From Myxococcota bacterium (GTDB lineage: Bacteria; Myxococcota_A; UBA9160; PR03): a DNA stretch of 64,000 bases. The notes under the pieces were generated by a model that had not been told where the DNA came from, did no database searches, and saw nothing but the letters and a program-made list of their open reading frames with translations. Location of the stretch: assembly GCA_041611735.1 (NCBI GenBank), contig JBFIML010000005.1, positions 71,664 through 135,663 of the forward strand. Reading direction: 5' to 3'. A program made the position numbers and the translations under genes. Shown here one piece after another: positions 1 to 12,031 of this stretch (position 1 is the stretch's first letter; each line of letters begins with the position of its first letter).

Positions 1-149
1 ACCTGCGCGAGCTGCGCGGCAAGAAGGCGCGGCTGCGCTCCAAGGTGCGCGACCTCTCGCATCTGCTCTCGCCGGAGGAGGCCGAGCAGGCCGAGGCGGG
101 GACGGCGGCAGAGATGCTCGCCGAGGACGAGGCGAAGCCCGACGAATAG
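1..149 (+). CDS. rplS: 50S ribosomal protein L19, C-terminal part (partial)
   Basis: Frame from nt 3 reads (Y)LRELRGKKARLRSKVRD..., matching the L19 C-terminal YLRELRGKxAR motif. An acidic tail follows, then TAG at 147-149. The yraN/rsmI neighbourhood is consistent. Confidence 0.85.
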   Translation, partial: LRELRGKKARLRSKVRDLSHLLSPEEAEQAEAGTAAEMLAEDEAKPDE

Positions 150-156
150 CCCCGTG

Positions 157-528
157 CTAGTCGCCGGCGTCGAAGGCCCCCTCCAGGTGGTCCAGGGCCA
201 CACGGCCTCGCGCATCCACCCGGCACGTCACCACGTCGAAACGCACGCGCGGCCCGACGCCCCGGTGGGCCGCCAGCCACGCCGCTGCACCGCGGACCAG
301 GCGCGCCCGCTTGCGGGCGTCCACCGCTTCCTCGGGAGGCCCGAGTCGGTGCGAGCGGCGGGTTTTCACCTCTACGAAGGCCACCAGCCCCGGCCGCGTC
401 GCCACCAGATCGATCTCGACGCCTCCCGCGCGCACGTTGCGCGCCACGATGCGATACCCTCGCCTCGCAAGGAGGGCGGCGGCACGAGCTTCGCCCTCGG
501 CGCCGAGAGCGCGACGCGGATCGCGCAG
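157..528 (-). CDS. yraN: YraN family (UPF0102) putative endonuclease
   Basis: RRALGAEGEARAAALL, RNVRAGGVEIDLV, FVEVKTR and RFDVV motifs within ORF 157..873. Start uncertain; a CTG at 528 follows GGAG. Confidence 0.85.
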   Translation of the reverse strand: MRDPRRALGAEGEARAAALLARRGYRIVARNVRAGGVEIDLVATRPGLVAFVEVKTRRSHRLGPPEEAVDARKRARLVRGAAAWLAAHRGVGPRVRFDVVTCRVDARGRVALDHLEGAFDAGD

Positions 529-575
529 GTCGCATCTCCGCGGGACCGACGGGGGGAGCCTGGAGCCTAGCGCAC

Positions 576-1412
576 TTGGGGACCCTCCACGTCGTGGCCA
601 CGCCGATCGGCAACCTGGAGGACGTGACCTTGCGCGCGCTGCGCGTGCTCGCCGAGGCCGACACGCTGCTGGCCGAGGACACGCGGCGCACGCGCACGCT
701 GCTGGTGCACCACGGCATCCGGGCTCGCCCGCGCTCCCTGCACGCCCACAACGAGGCCGCGCGCACGGGCGAGGTCCTGGCGGCGCTGCGGGCCGGGCAG
801 CAGGTGGCCCTGGTGTGCGACGCTGGGACGCCGCTGGTCTCCGATCCCGGCGAGCGCCTGGTGGCGGCCGCACTGGCCGACGGGCACCGGGTGGAGCCGG
901 TGCCCGGGGCGTCGGCGGTGCTGGCGGCCCTCGCGGTGGCCGGCTTCCGGAACACGCCTTTCACCTTCCTCGGCTTCCTGCCCCGGCGCGTCGGCGAGCG
1001 TCGCGAGCGGCTCGCGAACCTGCGCGCCCGCCCGGAGACGCTGGTGCTCTTCGAGTCGCCGCGTCGGGTGGGGACGACGCTCCGCGAGCTGGCCGAAGCC
1101 CTCGGCGCCGGGCGGCAAGCCTGTGTGGCGCGCGAGCTCACCAAGCGGCACGAGGAGGTCGTGCGCGGTCCGCTCGCCTCCCTGGCGGAGCGCTTCGCCG
1201 ACGGGGCCCGCGGCGAGGTCACCCTCGTCGTGGAGGGAGATGCCGGGTCCGCAGAGGCGACCGCCGCGCCCGAGACCGTGGACGCGCGCATCCGCGGGCT
1301 GCTGGCGGAGGGCCGCTCGCCGCGCGAGATCGCCGCCGCCCTGGCGCCGACCCTGCGGCTGCGCAAGCGCGAGGTGTACGCGCGCGCCGTGGCGGCGCGG
1401 GAGCGGCGGTGA
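576..1412 (+). CDS. rsmI: 16S rRNA (cytidine1402-2'-O)-methyltransferase
   Basis: LHVVATPIGNLEDVTLRAL, AEDTR, DAGTPLVSDPG, FESPRR, RELTKRHEE motifs. Confidence 0.95.
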   Translation: MGTLHVVATPIGNLEDVTLRALRVLAEADTLLAEDTRRTRTLLVHHGIRARPRSLHAHNEAARTGEVLAALRAGQQVALVCDAGTPLVSDPGERLVAAALADGHRVEPVPGASAVLAALAVAGFRNTPFTFLGFLPRRVGERRERLANLRARPETLVLFESPRRVGTTLRELAEALGAGRQACVARELTKRHEEVVRGPLASLAERFADGARGEVTLVVEGDAGSAEATAAPETVDARIRGLLAEGRSPREIAAALAPTLRLRKREVYARAVAARERR

Positions 1413-3049
1413 GCCCGCCGACCCCGGCCCGGCTGTGGCGAACCCTGCGGCGCCTGCGCGGCGACCAGGCGCGCGCCCAGCTCCGGCATCGCCTGCGGGG
1501 CGCCCCGGCGCCGCGCCCCTGGGTGGGCGAAGCGCCGGAGCTCGGCGTGCAGGCGCCCCGGGCTCCCTTCCTCCATGCCCCGCCCCACGCCCGCTACGAA
1601 GGCGAGGGCACCTTCGACCTGCTCAACCGCGAGGTGGAGTTCCGCCAGGGCATCGACTGGGACTACACGGAAGAGGGGCCGCTGTGGGCGTTCCACCTGC
1701 ACCAGTTCGACTACCTTCGCGCGCCGCACCTCGATCCCCGCACGCGCACCGCCCTGCTGCTCGACTGGATCGAGCGGCACCCGCGCGGCGTCGGCTGGCT
1801 CGGGCACCCGCTCTCGCTGCGCACCATGAACTGGCTCAAGCTCCTGCTCACGCCGGGGGCGTTCGACCTGAACGAGGCGACGGGGCGCTTCCTGCGCGCG
1901 TCCCTGGGCCAGCAGCTCCAGGTGCTGGCCGCGCGCCCCGAGACCCACCTGTTGGCGAACCACTACCTCTCGAACCTGCTGGCCCTGGTCTTCGCCGGGA
2001 TCGTGCTTGACGGACCCGCGGCGGAACGCTGGCGCGGCCTCCAGGCGGCGCTTCGCGTCGAGCTGGCGGAGCAGGTGCTGGCGGACGGGGCCCACTTCGA
2101 GCGCAGCCCCATGTATCACGCGCTGCTCCTGGAGGCGGTGCTCGACCTGGCCAACGTGGCCGCCGCCTCGGCGCGGACGCCGGAGGGGCTCGAGGAGACG
2201 CTGCGCGAGACCGCCGCGCGCATGCTCGGGGCCCTGCGGGTGTGGACCCACCCGGACGGTCGCATCGCGCTGTTCGGGGACTCTGCCTTGGGCATCGCCC
2301 AGGAGCCCGCCACCCTGGAGCGCTACGCGGCCGCCCTCGGCATCGCGGTCAAGGAGCCGGCCCGGGACGGGCTGCTGGAGCGGGCGCGCTTCGTGCGGCT
2401 GGCGGCCGGGCCCTTCCACGCCATCGCGACCTTCGGGGACCCGTCGCCCGACTACCAGCCCGGTCACTCCCACGCCGACGCGCTCTCCTTCGAGCTCTCC
2501 CTGGGGAGCCAGCGGGTCGTAACCGACACCGGGGTCGCCGAGTACGTGCGGGGCGCCTACCGGGAGGCGAGCCGCGCCACCCGCTCCCACGCCACCCTGG
2601 AGATCGACGGCCGGGACCAGGCCGAGTGCTGGCACTCCTTCCGCGTCGGCGGCCGCCCCCGGGTCGAGCTGCTGCACGCGGAGCCGGACCGCGTGGCCGA
2701 GGGCACCTGCGCCAGCTGGGCCACCCCCCAGGTGGTGCACCGGCGCCGCTTCCGGGTGGACGAGCGCACCCTGCAGATCCTCGACGCGGTGGAGGGGCGA
2801 CCGCATCGGGTGCGACTCACCCTGCCGCTCGCGCCGGGCCTGGAGCCCGAGCTCTCGGCCGAGGTGGCGCGCCTGCGCCTGCCCGAAGGGCGTCGGCTTG
2901 AGATCGCGCTTCCTCGCGGCGTGGGCTGGCGGGTGGAGCGCCGGCTCTACTTTCCGGAGTTCGGCCGGGTGGTGGAGCGCGCCGCCCTCGTGGGGGAGGG
3001 CGCGCGCCTTCCCTCCAGCACGTGGCTGTTCCGCTTCGCGAGCAGCTAG
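1409..3049 (+). CDS. Heparinase II/III-family protein (WeeF-like)
   Basis: GTG overlaps the rsmI stop (GTGA). Motifs LWAFHLHQFDYL, ETHLLANHY, DGAHFERSPMYH, QPGHSHADALSFEL, RATRSHAT. Confidence 0.85.
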   Translation: MSPPTPARLWRTLRRLRGDQARAQLRHRLRGAPAPRPWVGEAPELGVQAPRAPFLHAPPHARYEGEGTFDLLNREVEFRQGIDWDYTEEGPLWAFHLHQFDYLRAPHLDPRTRTALLLDWIERHPRGVGWLGHPLSLRTMNWLKLLLTPGAFDLNEATGRFLRASLGQQLQVLAARPETHLLANHYLSNLLALVFAGIVLDGPAAERWRGLQAALRVELAEQVLADGAHFERSPMYHALLLEAVLDLANVAAASARTPEGLEETLRETAARMLGALRVWTHPDGRIALFGDSALGIAQEPATLERYAAALGIAVKEPARDGLLERARFVRLAAGPFHAIATFGDPSPDYQPGHSHADALSFELSLGSQRVVTDTGVAEYVRGAYREASRATRSHATLEIDGRDQAECWHSFRVGGRPRVELLHAEPDRVAEGTCASWATPQVVHRRRFRVDERTLQILDAVEGRPHRVRLTLPLAPGLEPELSAEVARLRLPEGRRLEIALPRGVGWRVERRLYFPEFGRVVERAALVGEGARLPSSTWLFRFASS

Positions 3050-3063
3050 GCCGCCGGGGTGCC

Positions 3064-3681
3064 TCAGGGATGGATCGTGACGGGGGTGCCCGGGGCGACG
3101 CGCCCGGCCAGCAGTTCGATCTCGTCGTCGGTCATGGCGATGCAGCCCGTGGTCCAGTCCAGGTGCGAGGAGTCGCCGCGCCAGCGCGCGCCCTCGCCGT
3201 GGAAGCCGAGACCGCTCCCGAGCGGGGTGTCGGCGGGAGGCGGGAAGCCCGCCTCGTGGGCGCGCAGGATGCGCCGGTGCTGCGCGGCGTCGATGAGCCC
3301 CTCGGCCAGGCCGGCGTCGGCGTCCGCGGGCGAGGGATAGTCGATGGGGAGGAAGCGGTGGAAGCGGCTCGGCCGCGCGGGTCCCGTGACGTGGTAGCTG
3401 CCCTCCGGCGTACGCAGGTCGCCGGCGTGGCGCTTGGGGCCGACCGGGTCGCGTCCCAGGGCGACCCGCAGCGTCACCTCGGCGCCCCCTTCGCACTCGG
3501 CCACCAGCCGGCGCTCGGACTTGAAGACCTGGATCGCGACGATGCGTTCGCAGGGTGGCTGCGGCCGCGCCGCAGGCAGCGGCTCCGGCGCCGGGGCGGG
3601 GAGGGGCTCCGGTGGGGCCGGGGCAGGCGGCCGGGCGGGGACGGCGCAGGCCAGGGCGAGAAGGCCCGCCAGGAGCGCCAT
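3064..3681 (-). CDS. YkuD-domain L,D-transpeptidase family lipoprotein, YafK/DpaA(LdtF)-like
   Basis: Signal with LALAC lipobox, Pro-rich linker, then GPKRHAGDLRTPEGSY, RFHRFLPIDYP and catalytic FHGEG...WTTGCIAM (C-terminal part of ORF 3064..7653). Confidence 0.8.
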   Translation of the reverse strand: MALLAGLLALACAVPARPPAPAPPEPLPAPAPEPLPAARPQPPCERIVAIQVFKSERRLVAECEGGAEVTLRVALGRDPVGPKRHAGDLRTPEGSYHVTGPARPSRFHRFLPIDYPSPADADAGLAEGLIDAAQHRRILRAHEAGFPPPADTPLGSGLGFHGEGARWRGDSSHLDWTTGCIAMTDDEIELLAGRVAPGTPVTIHP

Positions 3682-4605
3682 GGCGGCCCCGGCACGGGCG
3701 CCGGGCTCCTGCTCGCCCTGGCCCTCGGGCTCGCTCCCGCGCCGCCGGTCCGGGCGGAGGACGCCCCTGCGCCCCTGCGCCCGCTGGTGGGCCGGGAGTC
3801 CACCGACCTGATCCAGCCCGACGACACGCTCCTCGACGTGGCCTTCCGTCACCGCCTGGGCTTCGAGGCCGTCGAACGCCTGAACCCCCACGTGGACGTC
3901 TGGATCCCCGACCCCGGCACGGTCGTGCGTCTGCCGACGCGCACGATGCCTCCGGAAGCCGAACCCGAGGGCCTCGTCCTGAACGTGCCGGAAATGCGCC
4001 TCTACGACTTCACGGTGGACCCGGCCCCCGAGATCTTCGCGGTGGCGGTGGGCGATGCGGAAGACCCGACTCCGATCGGCAACTTCCGCATCGGCACCAA
4101 GCGCATCGACCCGGTTTGGAACGTGCCCGAGTCGATCCGTCTCGAAAAGCCGCATCTTCCCCCGCTCGTTCCACCGGGGCCCGACAATCCCCTGGGCGAC
4201 CGCTGGATGACGATCGGGAGCAGCTCCTACGGCATCCACGGCACGAACATCCGCTGGTCGATCGGGCACACGGCCACCCACGGCTGCGTGCGTCTCTACG
4301 CCGACGAGATGCGCCGTCTCTTCGAGCGCGTGCCCAGCGGCACCCGGCTCCAGAGCGTCTACCAGCCCGTCAAGTGGGGCCGCGACGGCCAGCGCATCTA
4401 CCTCGAGGTGCACCGCGACCTCTACGGGCGCGAGCCCGACCTGCTGGCGGCGGCCCTGCGGCGCCCCGCGGAGCTCGGGATCCTGGAGCGGCTGGACGTT
4501 CCACTCGTGGAGCGGGTCGTCGCCGAGGCGCGCGGCATCCCGGTCCCGGTCGGCACGCTGCCCCCCGACGCGAGCGGCCCGCCTACTTCCGGATCCCCTT
4601 TCTGA
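3680..4605 (+). CDS. LysM + YkuD L,D-transpeptidase (ErfK/YbiS/YcfS type); probable 1-nt frameshift near the start
   Basis: Signal LLLALALGLAPAPPVRA, LysM-like DTLLDVAFRHRLG...LNP, catalytic YGIHGTN...THGCVRL, C-domain YQPVKWG...IYLEVH. ATG 3680 follows AGGAG and becomes in-frame with +1 C in CCCC 3687-3690. Confidence 0.85.
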
Positions 4606-4885
4606 AGATCGCGTCCGCCTTGCGCGCCGATTCCTCGGCGCTGGTGGCCGCGGCACGCGCCTGCGCCTCGGCCTCCTCGGCCCGGCGCACGGCCTGCTCG
4701 GCGGTCTGCTGGGCGGCGGCGGCGCGCTCGTCGGCCGCCTGGGCGCGCCGATCGGCAGCCCGGGCCGCCTCCTCCACGGCGCCCACGCGCCCCTCCAGGT
4801 CGTCCACCCGGCCGCTCGTCGCGCAGCCCGCCAGGCCCACGCCGAGCACCAGGGCCACAGCGATTCCGAATCCACGTCCGAACAC
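4583..4885 (-). CDS. Lpp/OprI-family alanine-zipper outer-membrane lipoprotein
   Basis: Strong SD AAGGAGG, lipobox LAGC, Ala-rich coiled coil, C-terminus ADAIFRKGIRK ending in Lys. Confidence 0.85.
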   Translation of the reverse strand: MFGRGFGIAVALVLGVGLAGCATSGRVDDLEGRVGAVEEAARAADRRAQAADERAAAAQQTAEQAVRRAEEAEAQARAAATSAEESARKADAIFRKGIRK

Positions 4886-4931
4886 GGTCGATCCTCCTTT
4901 TCCGTTGGTGTTGCACAGGGTCTTCCGAAAC

Positions 4932-7115
<2,184 letters not shown>

Positions 7116-7156
7116 CTACGCGTGCCTGCCGCGGCCGACGGGAGGAAGGGCTGATC

Positions 7157-8311
7157 GTGGGGGGGAGCGCCACCGAGCCGCGCGAGCAACAGCTCCGCGC
7201 CCTGCTGGACGCCGTCACGGATGGCCTCGTCCTGTGCGGAGGCGGCGGTCGCATCGCGTGGGCCAATCCCGCCCTGGCGACCCTGGCCGGCCTGGAGGGT
7301 CCCGAGAAGCTGGCGGGCCGGGCGCTCGCGGACCTGTTCGAGGAGGCGGATCTCGGGCTCCTCGCCCCGGCCTTTCGCGGCCCCGTGGAGTGCCACCTGG
7401 TCGTCCCTGGAAGCGGGTCGCGTCGGGTCCTGGTGGACCGCCTGGGCCTTCCAGCCGGCGACGCCGAGGCCGCCCTCCGGGTGCGCGACGTCTCCGAGCT
7501 CTCGGCGCGCAGCGCAGAGGTCCTGCGCATGGCCCGGGCGCTCCAGCGCGCCAATCGCGAGTGCGCCGACCTGCGCGAGCGGCTGCGGCGCGACGCCGCA
7601 GCCCGGGAGCAGCTGCTCACCGTGGTGAGCCACGAGCTGCGTACGCCCGTCACCGTGATCGCGGGCTACAACCGCCTGCTGCTGGCCGGCAAGGTGGGCC
7701 CCCTCAATCCGGAGCAGGAGCACTTCGTCCAGGAGAGCCAGAAGAGCTGCCAGCGCCTCAACCAGTTCATCGGCAACCTGCTGGAGCGGGCGCGCGGCCT
7801 GATGGGGGAGGGCGTGCTGGAGCTCCACGACGCTCCCCTCGCCCCCGCGATCCAGGCGGTGGTGGGCCTGCTGACCCCGCTCCTGCGCGAGCACCGCCTG
7901 GAGGTGGGGCTCGCGCTCCCCCCCGACCTGCCACCGGCCCGCTTCGACCCCCTGCGCCTCGAGCAGGTGCTCACCAACCTGCTGGACAACGCCATCAAGT
8001 TCGCCCCGGCCGGAAGCCGGCTCGAGATCTCGGCGCGGGCCATGGAGGCGCAGGGCGAGCCGTGGCTCGAGGTGGCGGTGGCGGACCGCGGGCCGGGGGT
8101 TCCCGACGCGGACCGCGAGCGAATCTTCGAGGCCTACGCCCAGGCCGAGGCGGGCCGGGGCGGCGGCGGCCTCGGCCTGGGTCTCGCCATCTGTCGCCGC
8201 ATCGTGGAGGCCCACGGTGGTCGCATCGGCGCCGAGCCGCGTGCCGGGGGCGGGAGCCGCTTCGTCTTCACGCTCCCCGCAGCCGATGCCCGGCCGGGAG
8301 CCCGCGCCTAG
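7157..8311 (+). CDS. Cytoplasmic PAS-domain sensor histidine kinase
   Basis: PAS-like N-terminus (LLDAVTDGLVL...WANPAL), H-box SHELRTP, N-box NLLDNAIKF, G1 DRGPG, G2 GLGLGLAIC. No TM segment. Confidence 0.92.
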   Translation: MGGSATEPREQQLRALLDAVTDGLVLCGGGGRIAWANPALATLAGLEGPEKLAGRALADLFEEADLGLLAPAFRGPVECHLVVPGSGSRRVLVDRLGLPAGDAEAALRVRDVSELSARSAEVLRMARALQRANRECADLRERLRRDAAAREQLLTVVSHELRTPVTVIAGYNRLLLAGKVGPLNPEQEHFVQESQKSCQRLNQFIGNLLERARGLMGEGVLELHDAPLAPAIQAVVGLLTPLLREHRLEVGLALPPDLPPARFDPLRLEQVLTNLLDNAIKFAPAGSRLEISARAMEAQGEPWLEVAVADRGPGVPDADRERIFEAYAQAEAGRGGGGLGLGLAICRRIVEAHGGRIGAEPRAGGGSRFVFTLPAADARPGARA

Positions 8312-9763
8312 ATGGCGGCTGCCCGCCGCCGCGCTTCGAAGCCCCGGGGCCGCCCCAAGAGCAAGCGTCCGCGCGTTCTCGTGGTGGACGATGCCGAGGG
8401 CATCCGCAGCTACCTGGCCGATCTCCTCAAGCTCAAGGGCTGGCAGGTGGACACGGCCGCCGACGGCCGGCAGGCCCTGGAGCTCCTGGAGGGTGGAGCC
8501 GGCCCCGACGTGATCCTCCTGGACGTGATGATGCCCGGGATGGACGGGCTCGAGACCCTGAGCCGCCTGCGCGAGCGGGACTCGCGCACGCCGGTCGTGA
8601 TGCTCTCGGTGGTCGGCAAGGCCAGCACCATCGTCCAGGCCATGCATCTCGGCGCCTCGGACTACCTGAACAAGCCCTTCGAGGAAGCCGAGCTCGACGC
8701 GGTGCTCAATCAGGTGCGCGAGCACCGGGCCCTGGAGGACGAGCGCGAGCGCCTGGTGAACGAGCTCGACGCGACCGTGGAGGGCGCCGTCTGGAAGAGC
8801 GAGCCCATGTTGCGCGTACGCGAGGTCATCGACCAGATCGCCGAAACCGACGTGACGGTGCTGATCCAGGGCGAGAGCGGGGTCGGCAAGGAGATCGTCG
8901 CCCGCACCGTGCACCATGCCTCCTCCCGCGCAGAGCAGGCCTTCGTCAAGGTGAACTGTGCGGCGCTTCCGGAGGAGCTGCTGGAGAGCGAGCTGTTCGG
9001 CTACGAGAAGGGGGCCTTCACCGGCGCCACGGCCCGCAAACCCGGCAAGTTCGAGGTGGCGGATCGGGGCACGATCTTCCTGGACGAGATCGGGGAGATG
9101 AGCCCGGCGCTCCAGGCCAAGCTGCTCCAGGTGCTCCAGGACGCGAGCTTCTCGCGCCTCGGTGGCAACCGCGAGATCCGCGTCGACGTGCGGGTGGTGT
9201 GCGCCACGAACCGGCCCCTGGAGCAGATGGTCGCGCAGGGGACCTTCCGCGAAGACCTCTTCTATCGGCTGAACGTGGTCAACGTGGCGATCCCGCCGCT
9301 GCGGGAGCGTCGTGAGGAGATCCCGACCCTGCTGGAGACGTTCCTGGCCCGCTATGCGGCCCGCTACCGCAAGCCCCGCCCGCGCGCCAGCGCCCAGCTG
9401 CTCGGCGCCCTGGAGCGCCATCCGTTCCCGGGCAACGTCCGCGAGCTCGAGAACATGGTCAAGCGCATCGTGGTGCTGGAGGGCGAGGACTCCATCCTGG
9501 AGGAGGTCTACGCCTACGGCCGGCACGCGACGCGCCGCGGCCCGAGTCCCTTCCAGGTCCTGCTCGAGGAGATCGAGGCCACCGCCGGCGAGATCCCCCT
9601 CAAGGAGGTGGGCCGGCGCGCCGCCCTCGAGGCGGAGCGCGAGGCGATCGAGCGCGTGCTGCACCGGACCCAGTGGAACCGCAAGAAGGCGGCGGGCCTG
9701 CTCGGGGTGAGCTACAAGACCCTGCTGCAGAAGATCCGCGAGTGCGGCCTGGAGCCGGACTAG
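8312..9763 (+). CDS. Sigma54-dependent (NtrC-type) response regulator
   Basis: Receiver (VVDD, LLDVMMPGMDG), GESGVGKE, GAFTGA, FLDEIGEM, FREDLFYRL, Fis-type HTH. Confidence 0.96.
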   Translation: MAAARRRASKPRGRPKSKRPRVLVVDDAEGIRSYLADLLKLKGWQVDTAADGRQALELLEGGAGPDVILLDVMMPGMDGLETLSRLRERDSRTPVVMLSVVGKASTIVQAMHLGASDYLNKPFEEAELDAVLNQVREHRALEDERERLVNELDATVEGAVWKSEPMLRVREVIDQIAETDVTVLIQGESGVGKEIVARTVHHASSRAEQAFVKVNCAALPEELLESELFGYEKGAFTGATARKPGKFEVADRGTIFLDEIGEMSPALQAKLLQVLQDASFSRLGGNREIRVDVRVVCATNRPLEQMVAQGTFREDLFYRLNVVNVAIPPLRERREEIPTLLETFLARYAARYRKPRPRASAQLLGALERHPFPGNVRELENMVKRIVVLEGEDSILEEVYAYGRHATRRGPSPFQVLLEEIEATAGEIPLKEVGRRAALEAEREAIERVLHRTQWNRKKAAGLLGVSYKTLLQKIRECGLEPD

Positions 9764-9813
9764 CGGCGGCCCGCCGCGCGGTTCGCGGCAAGCTCCGAAC
9801 CCGCCAGCCGAGC

Positions 9814-11022
9814 ATGAGATCGATCGCTCCGCTTCGCAACCCGATCCGGAACTACGCATGGGGCTCCCGCACGGCCCTGGCCGGGTTCATGGGGCGCCCG
9901 GCGCCGACGCCAGAGCCGGAGGCGGAGCTGTGGATGGGAGCGCATCCGAGCGCGCCCTCGCAGGTGCCGGTCGGCTCGCGCTGGCGCTCGCTCGCGGAGG
10001 TGATCCAGGAGGCCCCCGGCCCGGTGCTCGGGGAGCGCGTGCTGGAGCGCTTCGGGCCCCGGCTCCCGTTCCTCTTCAAGGTGCTGGCCGTGGAGCGACC
10101 GCTCTCGATCCAGGCCCACCCGGATGCCGCCCAGGCCCGCGCGGGCTTCCAGCGCGAGAACGCCGCGGGGATTCCCCTCGACGCTCCGCAACGCAACTAT
10201 CGGGACGCGAGCCACAAGCCCGAGCTGGTGTGCGCGTTGAGCGAGTTCCGCGCCCTGGTGGGGTTTCGGCCCCCGGGCGAGGTGGCGGACCTCTTCGGGC
10301 GTCTCGCGATCCCCGTCCTCGGGCCGGAGCTCGAGCGGCTGGCGTCGGAGCGCTCCTCGGGCCGGCTGCGCGAATTGTTCGCGGCCTTGCTCGGCCTCGA
10401 GCCGGGGCGTCGCGGCCAGGCGGTTTCCCAGGCGTTGGACGCGGCCCGCAGCTCCGCCGGCGACGATCCGGCCTGCCAGCGCATGATCGCCCTCGCCGAG
10501 GCCTACCCCCAGGACGTCGGGGTGGTGGCGAGCCTGCTGCTCAACCCCGTGGTGCTGCGGCCCGGGGAGGCTGCCTTCCTGGGTCCGCGGGAGCTGCACT
10601 GCTACCTCTCCGGGCTCGCCGTCGAGCTGATGGCCAACTCGGACAACGTGCTGCGCGGCGGGCTCACGACGAAGCACGTGGACGTGGACGAGCTGCTCGC
10701 GACCCTCGACTTCGATGCGGCCGGGTGCGCTCGCGTGCTTCCGGAGCCGGCCGGGGTCGACGAGGCCGGGCGGCGCTACCGCACAGCGGCCCGGGAGTTC
10801 GAGCTGACGGAGCTGCGGCTGACCTCCGCCCGATCGCTGGCCGGAGAGCCCAGCGTGGCCATTCTCCTGTGTGCGTCCGGGGAGGTGCGGCTCGAGGACG
10901 CCCACGGAACCCGGCTTCGCCTGGGACGCGGGCAGTCGGCGCTGGTCCCGGCAGCGGCCGCGCCGGTCTCGGGGGAGGGCCGCGCGCTGCTCTACCGGGC
11001 GGCCGTGCCTAACGCTGGGTGA
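9814..11022 (+). CDS. manA: Mannose-6-phosphate isomerase class I
   Basis: [51 protein letters not shown]. Confidence 0.95.
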   Translation: MRSIAPLRNPIRNYAWGSRTALAGFMGRPAPTPEPEAELWMGAHPSAPSQVPVGSRWRSLAEVIQEAPGPVLGERVLERFGPRLPFLFKVLAVERPLSIQAHPDAAQARAGFQRENAAGIPLDAPQRNYRDASHKPELVCALSEFRALVGFRPPGEVADLFGRLAIPVLGPELERLASERSSGRLRELFAALLGLEPGRRGQAVSQALDAARSSAGDDPACQRMIALAEAYPQDVGVVASLLLNPVVLRPGEAAFLGPRELHCYLSGLAVELMANSDNVLRGGLTTKHVDVDELLATLDFDAAGCARVLPEPAGVDEAGRRYRTAAREFELTELRLTSARSLAGEPSVAILLCASGEVRLEDAHGTRLRLGRGQSALVPAAAAPVSGEGRALLYRAAVPNAG

Positions 11023-12004
11023 CGCGGCGGCCGGGGTAGCCGGTGCGGGGCTCGCCGGCGTCGAGACGCCGCCGGAAGTTCTCCACGGTACGCGCGAGCC
11101 CGTCGCGCAGCGGCACCTTCGGCTCCCAGCCGAGCAGGCGGCGGGCCCTTCCGATGTCGGGCTGTCGCTGGGCGGGGTCGTCCTGGGGGAGCGGACGGTG
11201 GACCACCGGGCAGCGCTTGCCCGCCACGGCCTGGACCAGCTCGGCCAGCTCGTTCATGGAGAACTCGCCCGGGTTGCCCACGTTGACCGGCTCGTGGGAC
11301 GCCTCGCCCTCGTAGCGCATCAGGCGGAGCAGGCCCTCCACGAGATCGTCCACGTAGCAGAAGGAGCGGGTCTGGGTCCCGTCGCCGTAGATCGTGAGGG
11401 GCTCGTCCAGCAGGGTCTGGACCACCAAATTGCTCACCACCCGGCCGTCGTCCAGCGCCATGCGCGGGCCGTAGGTATTGAAGATGCGGGCGATCCGGAT
11501 GTCCACCGCGTGACTGCGGTGGTAGTCCTTGAACAGGGCCTCGGCGCAGCGCTTGCCCTCGTCGTAGCAGGAGCGGACCCCGATCGGGTTCACGCGGCCC
11601 CAGTAGGTCTCGGGCTGAGGATGGATCTCCGGGTCGCCGTAGATCTCGCTGGTGCTGGCGTGCAGGATGCGCGCCCCCGTGCGTTTCGCGAGACCCAGCA
11701 TGTTGATGGAGCCCATCACCGACGTCTTGATGGTCTTGATCGGGTTGTACTGGTAGTGGATCGGCGAAGCCGGGCAGGCGAGATTGAAGATCCAGTCCAC
11801 CTCGATCAGGAGGGGCTCGATCACATCGTGGCGGATCAGCTCGAAGTTCGGCCGTTCGAGCAGCTGGGCGATGTTGCGCTTGTTGCCCGTGAAGAAGTTG
11901 TCGAGGCACAGCACGTCCAGGCCGGCCTCCACCAGCCGGTCGCAGAGGTGGGATCCCAGGAATCCGGCTCCCCCCGTGACGAGAACGCGCTGTCCGACTT
12001 CCAT
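11009..12004 (-). CDS. uxs: UDP-glucuronate decarboxylase (UDP-xylose synthase)
   Basis: [56 protein letters not shown]. Confidence 0.92.
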   Translation of the reverse strand: MEVGQRVLVTGGAGFLGSHLCDRLVEAGLDVLCLDNFFTGNKRNIAQLLERPNFELIRHDVIEPLLIEVDWIFNLACPASPIHYQYNPIKTIKTSVMGSINMLGLAKRTGARILHASTSEIYGDPEIHPQPETYWGRVNPIGVRSCYDEGKRCAEALFKDYHRSHAVDIRIARIFNTYGPRMALDDGRVVSNLVVQTLLDEPLTIYGDGTQTRSFCYVDDLVEGLLRLMRYEGEASHEPVNVGNPGEFSMNELAELVQAVAGKRCPVVHRPLPQDDPAQRQPDIGRARRLLGWEPKVPLRDGLARTVENFRRRLDAGEPRTGYPGRRVTQR

Positions 12005-12031
12005 GCCTGGACTCCGCAAGGATCCGAGAGC

